Assembly: GCA_963520895.1 (NCBI GenBank)
Contig: CAUQSW010000002.1
Span: forward strand, 13,823-77,822
DNA length: 64,000 bases
Reading direction: 5' to 3'
From: an uncultured Corynebacterium sp.
GTDB taxonomy: Bacteria; Actinomycetota; Actinomycetes; Mycobacteriales; Mycobacteriaceae
Every line of letters begins with the position of its first letter. The stretch's first letter is position 1. This document shows, in pieces, positions 20,665-29,247 of this stretch. Made by a program: the position numbers and the translations under genes. The notes under the pieces were generated by a model. The model did no database searches, was not told the origin of the DNA, and saw nothing but the letters and a program-made list of their open reading frames with translations.

Positions 20665-21366
20665 TTAGTTGATGCCTCGTTCGTAGTTCCATTTTTTCAT
20701 GTAGGCGCGTTCGGCTAATTCGTACTTGTCGGCATATTCTTGCTCTGCAGGTGAATGGGTGGCGGGGCGGAGTTCTGTTTCTGGCCAGAACCATAGTTTC
20801 AGTTGGAAGGGCAGGGTGTCCCAGGTTCCTTTGCCATCTGCAAATTCTCCAGGGGTGATGTGGTTAATGTGCATGCCGAGAAATTCACCAGTTCCTCCGG
20901 GAGCTTCGGTTGCTTCGGCCCGAACGCGCCAGGTGCCCGGTGGGATTTTAAACTCCCGTAACTCGGGGTACCTATCAGAAGGTTCATCACCCATATCTCC
21001 GCCTAAAGTGCCCTCCCATTCGTCGGCATCTTTGTGCTTTTCAAACTGTACAGAGACTTCTGACCAGTGCTCAACATCGGAAAATTCTGCAAGGGGCGGA
21101 GCTTCATCGCAAAGCATGGCTTGAACCCCGACCGCAATAGCATCGTATTTAAAAGCCGCTCCTAAATTGATGGAAAGGAGATTAGTAAGCGCTCTTAACA
21201 ACGGGATGGGGGCATTGTAGATGCCCATTTCGAGGTCTCTAGGGTCAGGCTTTTGAGCATCAGGATGGCTTAGATCATCATCTACCCGCCAAGGTTGTTC
21301 GTAGAGAATCGACCATAAGTACACTTCAATGCTGGTAATAACACCAACTACTGTCTTTGTTGTCAT
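20665..21366 (-). CDS. Putative nuclease inhibitor/immunity protein, orphan copy 2
   Basis: 233-aa ungapped paralog of 18337-19038. Confidence 0.6.
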   Translation of the reverse strand: MTTKTVVGVITSIEVYLWSILYEQPWRVDDDLSHPDAQKPDPRDLEMGIYNAPIPLLRALTNLLSINLGAAFKYDAIAVGVQAMLCDEAPPLAEFSDVEHWSEVSVQFEKHKDADEWEGTLGGDMGDEPSDRYPELREFKIPPGTWRVRAEATEAPGGTGEFLGMHINHITPGEFADGKGTWDTLPFQLKLWFWPETELRPATHSPAEQEYADKYELAERAYMKKWNYERGIN

Positions 21367-21515
21367 AGCTCCACCAATACTGTGCTGTCTTGTTGGGGGA
21401 CGCTAGTGCCGCCCAAGTTTTCCCGCCAATCCTAGTTAAGAAACGAGTAAAGAGTGGTGTCGAAAAGCAAGCACCTCTCGGCGCATGAGCGGTAATCGCG
21501 CATACAGTCAGGGAT

Positions 21516-22187
21516 ATGGACCCAGATTACGTAGAACAGAATCTTGTTGCTTGTTGGCCGTTATTTGGTTTGCTTATTACCACTCCTGACCTAGTGCTGC
21601 GGGTGGAACGGGATGAGGATATTGTCCGGTTTAGTCAGATAGGTCTAACAGAAATTTATGGCGTTAGTGATCCCGCAGCTGCCCCTGGGTACGCTTTTAG
21701 CTGGGCATTTCATTCTTCCGCGCAGGACATAGCAAAGTTTCGGTGGGGTCGCAGGGCAACATTAACTCCCAAAGACTGGTCGCTGAATTTCGCCGTGCTA
21801 AACCCAACCGGTGACCTGGTAGGCAGCGCGGATTTACGAGGGCGGAATTTCGCTAAAACCCGCAGCATCGAGACCAGCTCGTATGTGCTGCATAAGTTCC
21901 AACGGCAGGGACTCGGCACGCAGATCAGGCAGGCAATTTGCCATTATGGTTTCGCCTATCTCGGCACTACCGTGATGACATCCGGCTGGCAGCTTAGCAA
22001 CCTCGCCTCCCAGCGAGTTTCGGAGAAGCTGGGCTATCAGGTGGTTAAAAAGATTCGGTGTATTGGCGGGCCGCACGGCAAACTACAAGCAGGGGTGCGC
22101 GCCGAGCTGCGGACACAGGATTTCACTCCTACCATTCCCATTGAAGTGTCTGGTCACACCAAAGAAGTAATGAGAATGTTGGTTTAG
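21516..22187 (+). CDS. GNAT acyltransferase (RimJ/RimL, Rv0802c-like), copy 2
   Basis: WPLFGL, IETSSY..QRQGLGTQIR, NLASQRVSEKLGY; paralog of 17706-18332. Confidence 0.85.
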   Translation: MDPDYVEQNLVACWPLFGLLITTPDLVLRVERDEDIVRFSQIGLTEIYGVSDPAAAPGYAFSWAFHSSAQDIAKFRWGRRATLTPKDWSLNFAVLNPTGDLVGSADLRGRNFAKTRSIETSSYVLHKFQRQGLGTQIRQAICHYGFAYLGTTVMTSGWQLSNLASQRVSEKLGYQVVKKIRCIGGPHGKLQAGVRAELRTQDFTPTIPIEVSGHTKEVMRMLV

Positions 22188-22193
22188 CACCAA

Positions 22194-23051
22194 CTAGTCT
22201 TCTACATCGCGCTTTTCGACGCGCTGATCCTTTGCAGCTGCTTCCGGTTCTTTGGAATCCTCAGTCTCTTCATCAAGCCGCTTAATGATCCGGCGGACAT
22301 GGTCGGCTGCCCCTTTGCCCTCGTAAGCCTCAATGATTTCTGGAATCGGTCCGGCTTGGCGGATTTCGCCGTGGTCTACCCATAGGGCAGTGTCGCAGAG
22401 TTGGGCTAGAAAATCATTGGAGTGGGAAGCAAACACCAAGATGCCAGAGCGTTTGACGAGCTCTTGGAGCCTTGCTCGGGCTTTGGCCATGAATGCTGCG
22501 TCAACGGCGCCGATGCCTTCGTCGAGAAGCAAAATTTCCGGTTCGATGGACGTAACCACGCCCAGTGCTAGCCGAATGCGCATACCAGTGGAATATGTGC
22601 GCAGCGGCATAGCCAGGTATTCACCCAGTTCCGAGAACTCCGCGATCTCATCCATTTTTTGCTTCATTTGCTTGCGGGTCTGCCCAAGGAACAGGCCGCG
22701 AATAATGATGTTCTCGTAGCCGGAAATTTCCGGATCCATGCCCACGCCTAGATCGAAAACTGGGGCGACGCGGCCGCGTACATGAGCGGAACCACGGGTG
22801 GGCTCATAAATGCCAGACAGCAGCCGCAGCAGCGTGGATTTCCCGGCTCCGTTATGGCCAACCAGTCCCACTCGGTCGCCTTCCTGCAGATGCAGGTTCA
22901 CATCCCGCAGCGCCTCAACAACCACAGTGTTGTCTTGGTTGCGGCCGATTGCGCCGCCAGCTGCGCCTAAGAAAGCTTTTTTCATGGAGCGGGACTTTGC
23001 ATCGAAAATGGGAAAGTCCACGCAGGCATTGTACGTATCAATAGAAACCAT
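22194..23051 (-). CDS. wzt: Galactan export ABC transporter ATP-binding subunit
   Basis: DFPIFDAKSRSMKK, GHNGAGKS, YSTGM signature. Confidence 0.93.
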   Translation of the reverse strand: MVSIDTYNACVDFPIFDAKSRSMKKAFLGAAGGAIGRNQDNTVVVEALRDVNLHLQEGDRVGLVGHNGAGKSTLLRLLSGIYEPTRGSAHVRGRVAPVFDLGVGMDPEISGYENIIIRGLFLGQTRKQMKQKMDEIAEFSELGEYLAMPLRTYSTGMRIRLALGVVTSIEPEILLLDEGIGAVDAAFMAKARARLQELVKRSGILVFASHSNDFLAQLCDTALWVDHGEIRQAGPIPEIIEAYEGKGAADHVRRIIKRLDEETEDSKEPEAAAKDQRVEKRDVED

Positions 23052-23060
23052 GAAACATCC

Positions 23061-23981
23061 TTAAACCCAGTAGCTAACGCGGAACCGCCATTGTCGCATG
23101 GCAAGCATAGCTAAGAACAGCCCAAGTACCGTGCAAGCCAAAACCACCCACCAGTGATACACCGGCAGTTCTGCGCCGATCAACGGTGCCCGCACCACTT
23201 CCATATAGTGATACAGGGGATTGAGCTGGGCCAGTTTCGCCCGCTCAGAAATCGCACCACCTTGATCGTTCAGCGTCTGAGTCATCCACACAATGGGGGT
23301 GACATAGAACAATAGCTGTGTTCCTGCTTCTAGAAGTGGAGCAACATCCCGGTAACGGGTAGCAATAATGCCAAAGAACATAGAAACCCACACACCATTA
23401 GCAATCAGCAGCGCCATAGCGGGGATGGCCAGCAGAATATCCCAGCCCAAATGTCTCGGGAAAATCAGCATGAGGATCACCCAGATGACCAGATTATGCG
23501 CAAGGAAGAGGGTTTGCTTCCACACTAGTCGGTACACATGAACTGAAAGCGCGGAAGGAAGTTGCTTAATCAAACCTTCGTTTTCTATGAAAACTTGCGA
23601 TCCTTCTTTGATGCATCCGGAAATAAACGTCCACATGACCAGACCCACTGTTACGTGGGGGAGGAACTCCGCCACGGGTATTTTAAACAAAACCGAATAC
23701 AATAGACCTAAAGCTAGTGCCATCACGCCAGTGGCGATGGTGATCCACAGTGGTCCCAGTACCGAGCGACGATACCGTTGCTTAATGTCCTGCCACCCGA
23801 GCTGCAGCCAGAGTTCATGCTGGTTGAAGCCCTTGACGAGGTCTCGCCAAGCGGCTTTGACCGTCTTGGAATCTGACGGCTCAGGATCCGATTCGCCCAC
23901 CGCGATGATGCGGTCCAGCTGCCCAGAAAACTTCTTTCTTAAGGTAGCATCAAGAGCTTCGTTGTCATTTTCATCGTGCAC
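23061..23981 (-). CDS. wzm: Galactan export ABC transporter permease
   Basis: DIKQRYRRSVLGPLW, NPLYHY; GTG start chosen at 23981. Confidence 0.92.
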   Translation of the reverse strand: MHDENDNEALDATLRKKFSGQLDRIIAVGESDPEPSDSKTVKAAWRDLVKGFNQHELWLQLGWQDIKQRYRRSVLGPLWITIATGVMALALGLLYSVLFKIPVAEFLPHVTVGLVMWTFISGCIKEGSQVFIENEGLIKQLPSALSVHVYRLVWKQTLFLAHNLVIWVILMLIFPRHLGWDILLAIPAMALLIANGVWVSMFFGIIATRYRDVAPLLEAGTQLLFYVTPIVWMTQTLNDQGGAISERAKLAQLNPLYHYMEVVRAPLIGAELPVYHWWVVLACTVLGLFLAMLAMRQWRFRVSYWV

Positions 23982-24058
23982 AGATTTCAAGCTTAGTGCG
24001 CTAAACGCTTCAGGTGGGCATATTATTAAGGCATTGGTTATATGGAAGGAGCCTAAAG

Positions 24059-25204
24059 GTGGTCTACGACTTAGCGCGTGTCCGAGGTCTTTATACGTCG
24101 TTAGGTGATGGTTGGACCTATCTCTCACAGCCACAAGTGCCGGAGCGAGTATCGTCTGCGGTGGCGCGTGGCTTTCGTCTTGCAACGGTGATGACTACCC
24201 CCAAAGGTGGGCGGTTAGGGGCCGAGGATTTACTTGATTCTGCCCGATTGGCAATTTCGGATCTGACCGGCACCTCGCCCGAGGCGGTCGTGCTGGGGCC
24301 GAGCCTGGATGTGTTATACGCCAGACTCAACCAAGCCCTGCAACCGGTGCTGCGCCGAGGCAGTCTGCTCGCCTCGCGTGCCGACGTCCGCCAGATCTAC
24401 CACACCGATGTCAGCTTCGCCGAGGCGGACCTAGGCACCGGGGAAGTACCCGCATGGCAATACGAGTCCCTAGCCACCGGAGCCACCCGGCTTGCCACCT
24501 TATCGGCGGTGCACCCACAAGTCGGCACAATTAACGACGTAGCGCGGATCTCAGAGATCATCCGCCGTCACACCCGCGCTTGGGTCCTCGTGGATGCCTC
24601 CGGGCTGGCTGGGTTTAGTTCTATCGCCGTAGATGATCTCGGCGTAGACATTGTGGCCTTAGACTGCGCGGATTTCGGAGGGCCGCAGATTTCAGCCGTG
24701 GCTTTTCGGGATGTTTCCATGTTTCCCCGCATGGACATGGGCGCCTTTGTTAACGATGCCGCGCCGGGGCTGGCTGCTGGAGTGCCAGCGGCTGTGGATC
24801 ATCTGGCGGATCTGGTGGAACAAGAACGCGGCTCACGGCGGCAGCGCCTAGAAAAAAGCCTGGACGAAGTCGGCCACTACCTGAAATCACTCGCAGAGTA
24901 CCTAGCTGATTCCCTCAATAGCATGTTCCGGCTGCAGGTTTTCGGAGTGACTGGTGAGCTGGCCGTCGGATCGAATGCCACTCGTATTCCACGAGTAACC
25001 TTCTGTATCCCAGGTGTTCCCGCGCAGACGATCTATGACCGGCTCTTAGATAATCGGCTGGTAACCAAGATTGCCCCAACCGACCCATTGCTTAATGCCA
25101 TGGGGCTTTCGGAATCCGATGGAGCTATCACCGTCTCGCTAGGGCCCTATAACACTACCTATGATGTTGACCAGCTCATTAGGGTCTTGGCCTCACTGGC
25201 GTAA
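24059..25204 (+). CDS. Aminotransferase class V / cysteine desulfurase-like protein (Rv3778c-like)
   Basis: YDLARVRGLY..L.DGW N-terminus; GGAAGGAG RBS before GTG 24059; conserved position next to wzm. Confidence 0.8.
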   Translation: MVYDLARVRGLYTSLGDGWTYLSQPQVPERVSSAVARGFRLATVMTTPKGGRLGAEDLLDSARLAISDLTGTSPEAVVLGPSLDVLYARLNQALQPVLRRGSLLASRADVRQIYHTDVSFAEADLGTGEVPAWQYESLATGATRLATLSAVHPQVGTINDVARISEIIRRHTRAWVLVDASGLAGFSSIAVDDLGVDIVALDCADFGGPQISAVAFRDVSMFPRMDMGAFVNDAAPGLAAGVPAAVDHLADLVEQERGSRRQRLEKSLDEVGHYLKSLAEYLADSLNSMFRLQVFGVTGELAVGSNATRIPRVTFCIPGVPAQTIYDRLLDNRLVTKIAPTDPLLNAMGLSESDGAITVSLGPYNTTYDVDQLIRVLASLA

Positions 25205-25491
25205 GTTAACAAGCGCTGCTTGGTTGGCTAAGGGCGGTGGGTGTCTTCGCTATGTCGCTTCTGCCGGCTCATTCTTTGTGATGTCTGACACTATTCGGTC
25301 ATTTGGCTGCAAACCCCATGAAATCCCAGCAAAACGTATAGATAAAAATCGAATATCCGAATAGTATCGGGCGCCACAGCCGTCTTGCTGGCTGCAGGGC
25401 TGCTGAGCTTGACGACGCCCAACCGCGCCGGGCTTGTTGCTGTTGAGCCGCTGCTACATGGTGGATCGCTTGAGTGGATGGCTGTGCTTCG

Positions 25492-25550
25492 GTGGTGGTT
25501 TCGTTTTCGAGCGGCACGATTGTGCCGATAGTAAAATTCGAAATCACCAC
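25492..25550. promoter_or_regulatory. Palindromic putative operator upstream of the HipB-like gene
   Basis: CGGCAC-GATT-GTGCCG (25512-25527) nested inside GTGGTGGTTTCG...CGAAATCACCAC arms. Confidence 0.5.
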
Positions 25551-25562
25551 AGGGATGAAGCG

Positions 25563-25784
25563 ATGGATTTTGGGGCAAGCGTGCGAGAGCGTCGTAAAGC
25601 AGGGTATCTAAGCCAGCTGGAGCTCGCCGAACTTGCACAAGTTTCTGAGCGTTTCGTGCGTGAGGTGGAGCATAATAAACCCAGCCTGCGGTTGGATAAA
25701 CTGCAGGCTGTACTTGGGGTGCTTGGTTATGAGCTTGCCATAATTGACTACGTGCCACCAGCACTGCGGAGGCCACAACCATGA
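25563..25784 (+). CDS. XRE/HipB-like (y4mF-type) HTH antitoxin
   Basis: VRERRK..LSQLELAELAQVSERFVREVE..KPSLRLDKL..VL.VLG. Confidence 0.85.
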   Translation: MDFGASVRERRKAGYLSQLELAELAQVSERFVREVEHNKPSLRLDKLQAVLGVLGYELAIIDYVPPALRRPQP

Positions 25785-25852
25785 GGGCATTTGACCCGCG
25801 AGGTATTTCTACGGCTTCCGTTCTGGTGGATGGTCGACCAGCTGCTCACCTG
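25781..25852 (+). pseudogene. Truncated HipA-like N-terminal remnant
   Basis: ATGA-coupled to the HTH gene; MRAFDPRGISTASVLVDGRPAAHL, then runs into the antisense strand of qor. Confidence 0.5.
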
Positions 25853-26800
25853 TTAAACCTTGAGTACCAACTTACCGGTGACCTCGCCTGCGGCGAGCAT
25901 GTCGTGGGCGCGCTGGGCGTCGGCAAGCGGCAGGACTGCGTGGAGTTGGTGCTTGATGGTGCCGTCGGCAAGCAGCGGCCAAATTGCTGCGACAGTGGCT
26001 GCGGTAATACGCGCCTTGTCTTCCTTGGTGCGTCCGCGTAGTGACGTTGCCGAAATCGTGCCCCGCTTGCTCAGCAGCTTGCCAATATTCAGCTCACCTT
26101 TCACGCCGCCTTGCATTCCAATGGTGACCATATGTCCATCTGGGGCTAGGGCGGTGACATTCTGATCCAAATATTTAGCACCAATGATGTCGAGGATCCG
26201 GTCGCAGCGGTTTTTTAGCACCTCTGCGAAGTTTTCCTCCCGGTAATTAATCAAAATATCTGCGCCCAGTTCCTGGCATACTGCGAGTTTCTCCGCACTG
26301 CCAGCTGTCACTGCCACTGTGGCGCCAAGATGCTTGGCCAGTTGAATGGCAAATGTACCAATACCACTGCCGCCGCCATGGATCAGAAAGGTCTGACCGG
26401 CTTCTAACCCGGTGAGCATGCCGATATTGGACCATACGGTTGCAGCGACCTCGATGATGGCCGCGGTTTGTTCAAAGGAGTAGCCATCGGGGATGGGCAA
26501 CAGTTGACCTTCAGGCACCGCCACATATTCGGCATAGCCACCACCAGCGAGCAAACAGCCCACTTTCTCACCCACTGTGCGATTGGTAGTACCAGCGTCC
26601 TCGATCACGCCAGCGCATTCCAGACCAATGATTTCAGATTCGCCAGTAGGCGGGGGGTAGTGTCCAGCGGCCTGGAGTAGGTCCGCGCGATTAACGCCAG
26701 CGGCATGGACTTTGACCAACACTTCCCCCGGTTTCACCGTAGGGATGGGGGCGGTCGTGAGTTCGAGCTTCTTATCTTCTGTAACGGTGATTGCCTTCAT
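25853..26800 (-). CDS. qor: NAD(P)H-quinone oxidoreductase (zeta-crystallin family)
   Basis: GVNRADL..G.YPPP, GLECAG, LIHGGGSGIG. Confidence 0.9.
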   Translation of the reverse strand: MKAITVTEDKKLELTTAPIPTVKPGEVLVKVHAAGVNRADLLQAAGHYPPPTGESEIIGLECAGVIEDAGTTNRTVGEKVGCLLAGGGYAEYVAVPEGQLLPIPDGYSFEQTAAIIEVAATVWSNIGMLTGLEAGQTFLIHGGGSGIGTFAIQLAKHLGATVAVTAGSAEKLAVCQELGADILINYREENFAEVLKNRCDRILDIIGAKYLDQNVTALAPDGHMVTIGMQGGVKGELNIGKLLSKRGTISATSLRGRTKEDKARITAATVAAIWPLLADGTIKHQLHAVLPLADAQRAHDMLAAGEVTGKLVLKV

Positions 26801-26846
26801 GATTAAAGGCTACTAGAAAAGCTGTGGTAATCTTTTCCCGTCCCAT

Positions 26847-26931
26847 GGAAGTGTGGCAGAGCGGCCGAATGCACTGGTCTTGAAAACCAGCGATAGGAAA
26901 CTATCCGGGGGTTCAAATCCCTCCACTTCCG
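26847..26931 (+). tRNA. tRNA-Ser(TGA), CCA not encoded
   Basis: GGAAGTG/CACTTCC acceptor stem, CTGGT-CTTGAAA-ACCAG anticodon arm, long variable arm, GGTTCAAATCC. Confidence 0.95.
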
Positions 26932-26935
26932 CTGT

Positions 26936-27907
26936 ATGAAACTCCTTAGGTTACCAATGCTGTTCCTAGGGAGTTTTCTGCTTACTGCCTGTTTCGCCAC
27001 CCAGCCTGCCACTGAGTCTGCGCAGCCGTCGTTTACTGCGTCCTCTGGGCGGCAGCCTGCCGCTGAGAACACTTCGACTGAGCCACTACATGGTATTACC
27101 CTAGAATCCATTGAGGATTTTCCCACCTCGCATCAGATCATTGCAGATAGTGAGCAACCGCTGACGGTGCGCCTAGTCATGGACGTGGAACGTGATTTAC
27201 GTGAATACCAAGATGAGGTAGCGGATTTAAGCTCCGTGGCCTCTGTGATGGTGCAGTTAGCGGATTCCGAACAGCTAGGGCAGCTGAGCACGACGCAGTA
27301 TGCGCAGCGTGCTACCGAAGCGGTTAAACTGTTCGGTGACCATGTTGATATTTGGGAAATTGGTAATGAGCTCAACGGGGACTGGGTGGGTAAATCACCT
27401 GCGGAAATCAATGCAAAAGTAGTGGCTGCCCACCAGGTGATAACCGCTAATGGTGGGCAAACAGCGCTTACGTTAAATTACTGGTCGAGCCCTGACTGCT
27501 ACGCGCAGCCGTGGGAAGCCACACTTGACTACGCCCGCAGTATGCCGGATGAACTAAAAAGCGTAGATTATATCTTCTTGTCAGTTTATGAAACCGCCTG
27601 TTCACCGCCCCAATATCCCACTACCGGGGAGTTAGGACACACATTGGCTGCGTTAGGGAAAATATTTCCCGATGCCAATTTAGGAATCGGCGAAATCGGC
27701 GCCCAAGGGGTGGAAGACGGCTTAGCCGCAGACCCGAGCCTGGAACAAAAACAAGCCATTGCCCACCGGTATTACGGGATGTACACCGAATTGCGGCAGA
27801 AATTGGGCGACCGATTCGTTGGCGGTTATTTCTGGTGGTACTTCAAACGCGACGTGGTTGATAAACAGGAAGGCCAATCCCTGCTACCCGCCTTAGGGTT
27901 TGACTAG
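26936..27907 (+). CDS. Lipoprotein with putative clan GH-A glycoside hydrolase-like barrel
   Basis: Lipobox LLTA-C, Ser/Thr linker, WEIGNE (acid/base-like) and IGEIG (nucleophile-like) motifs. Confidence 0.65.
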   Translation: MKLLRLPMLFLGSFLLTACFATQPATESAQPSFTASSGRQPAAENTSTEPLHGITLESIEDFPTSHQIIADSEQPLTVRLVMDVERDLREYQDEVADLSSVASVMVQLADSEQLGQLSTTQYAQRATEAVKLFGDHVDIWEIGNELNGDWVGKSPAEINAKVVAAHQVITANGGQTALTLNYWSSPDCYAQPWEATLDYARSMPDELKSVDYIFLSVYETACSPPQYPTTGELGHTLAALGKIFPDANLGIGEIGAQGVEDGLAADPSLEQKQAIAHRYYGMYTELRQKLGDRFVGGYFWWYFKRDVVDKQEGQSLLPALGFD

Positions 27908-28921
27908 GGTCTCCCAGACACCAAGCAGTCGGGTGGTTTCTTCTTCGTTGGTAATCGTGATGCGCACCCCGTCGGGGAAAGCGCGCACAATAATGTCACG
28001 TTCGGCAAATAACGAAGCAATCAGATTTGATTTCACCGTGGGGAGCCAGATGAAATTTGCCTCTGAATAGGCGGTACCAATCGCATCAGCGGCTCGTTTA
28101 CGCTGCTCCACCACCTCTTCGGTGCGACTTAATAATTCGTCTACCGCATCAAGGCTGGCCAACGCACCTGCCTGAGCCATAGAACTAACAGCGAAAGGAA
28201 GCGCCACTTTGTCTAAAGCCTCAATGACACTGGGGTTGCCGAATGCATAGCCGATCCGTGCCCCAGCCAGCCCGTATGCTTTGGAAAAGGTGCGCAGCCC
28301 AATAAGGTTTTCGTGTCGGCCCACTAATTCGGTAGCCACCAGTGCGTTAGGTGCGCGCAGATATTCAAAATAAGCCTCATCCAGTGCTACCAAGACATCG
28401 GTGGGGATTGCAGCCATAAAATCTATAAAATCCCGCTCCGTAATGCTGGTTCCAGTCGGATTATTGGGGTTGCAGATGAAAATCAGCCGGGTCTTCTCTG
28501 TCACAGCTTCGGCCATGGCGGGTAAATCAATCCGGTGTTGGTCATCTAAGGGAACCGGTACGGGGGTAGCGCCAGTTACCTGCGTGAAAATTGGATAGGC
28601 CTCAAAACTACGCCACGGAAAAATGACTTCATCGCCGGGTCCGGCAGTTATCTGCACCACCTGCTGGCACAAGGCAGAAGAACCGCAGCCAATGGATAGT
28701 TGCTCCGGGGTGAAATCTAGATGCTCGGCTAGAGCTTGTTTTAGCTTGCCGACGCTCATATCTGGGTAGCGATTAGCTCCCGCCGCTGCTTGGCTCATGG
28801 CCGCAACGGCAGCAGGAAGTGGTGGGTGAGTGACTTCATTACTGGAAAGTTTTAAGGCGCTGGGGCTCCACTTTCCGGGGACATATGACGGGATGTTGGC
28901 AAGGTCTGCACGAATCATCAT
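27893..28921 (-). CDS. pat: Aromatic amino acid / histidinol-phosphate aminotransferase (Pat/HisC2)
   Basis: KLSSNE, CNPNNPTG, DEAY, RTFSKAYGLAG.RIGY. Confidence 0.88.
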   Translation of the reverse strand: MMIRADLANIPSYVPGKWSPSALKLSSNEVTHPPLPAAVAAMSQAAAGANRYPDMSVGKLKQALAEHLDFTPEQLSIGCGSSALCQQVVQITAGPGDEVIFPWRSFEAYPIFTQVTGATPVPVPLDDQHRIDLPAMAEAVTEKTRLIFICNPNNPTGTSITERDFIDFMAAIPTDVLVALDEAYFEYLRAPNALVATELVGRHENLIGLRTFSKAYGLAGARIGYAFGNPSVIEALDKVALPFAVSSMAQAGALASLDAVDELLSRTEEVVEQRKRAADAIGTAYSEANFIWLPTVKSNLIASLFAERDIIVRAFPDGVRITITNEEETTRLLGVWETLVKP

Positions 28922-28980
28922 GAGGCATAGTTTATCGACATTTGAAAATCTGCGCCGCGGTGAGTTATATTAGTCAGGCT

Positions 28981-29072
28981 GGAGACGTGCCAGAGCGGCC
29001 GAATGGGGCTCACTGCTAATGAGTTGTCTTTTTAACGAAGGACCGGAGGTTCAAATCCTCTCGTCTCCGCCA
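28981..29072 (+). tRNA. tRNA-Ser(GCT)
   Basis: GGAGACG/CGTCTCC stem, CTCA-CTGCTAA-TGAG anticodon arm, long variable arm, encoded CCA. Confidence 0.95.
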
Positions 29073-29081
29073 TAAAATAAC

Positions 29082-29119
29082 AAATCCCGATGCAAACATT
29101 TTGAGCATCGGGATTTTTT
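29082..29119 (+). terminator. Intrinsic terminator after tRNA-Ser(GCT)
   Basis: AAATCCCGATGC / GCATCGGGATTT stem followed by a T run. Confidence 0.8.
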
Positions 29120-29247
29120 ATTCATTAACCCTTTCTGGGGGTAGCCTAGTTTTAAATTCGGAAAAAGTGGCTTCGCTATAGTCGTTTTATAGTTACTTTG
29201 GGAGAAACTCTTGGAACCGAACCTATTTTTAATATAGGAGGCAGGCG

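Noticed and set aside
25781..26041. 86-aa ORF as a complete gene
   Set aside because: Beyond about codon 24 it is the antisense strand of qor; only the 5' stub is kept.
26803..27126. 107-aa minus-strand ORF
   Set aside because: Antisense to tRNA-Ser and the lipoprotein gene.
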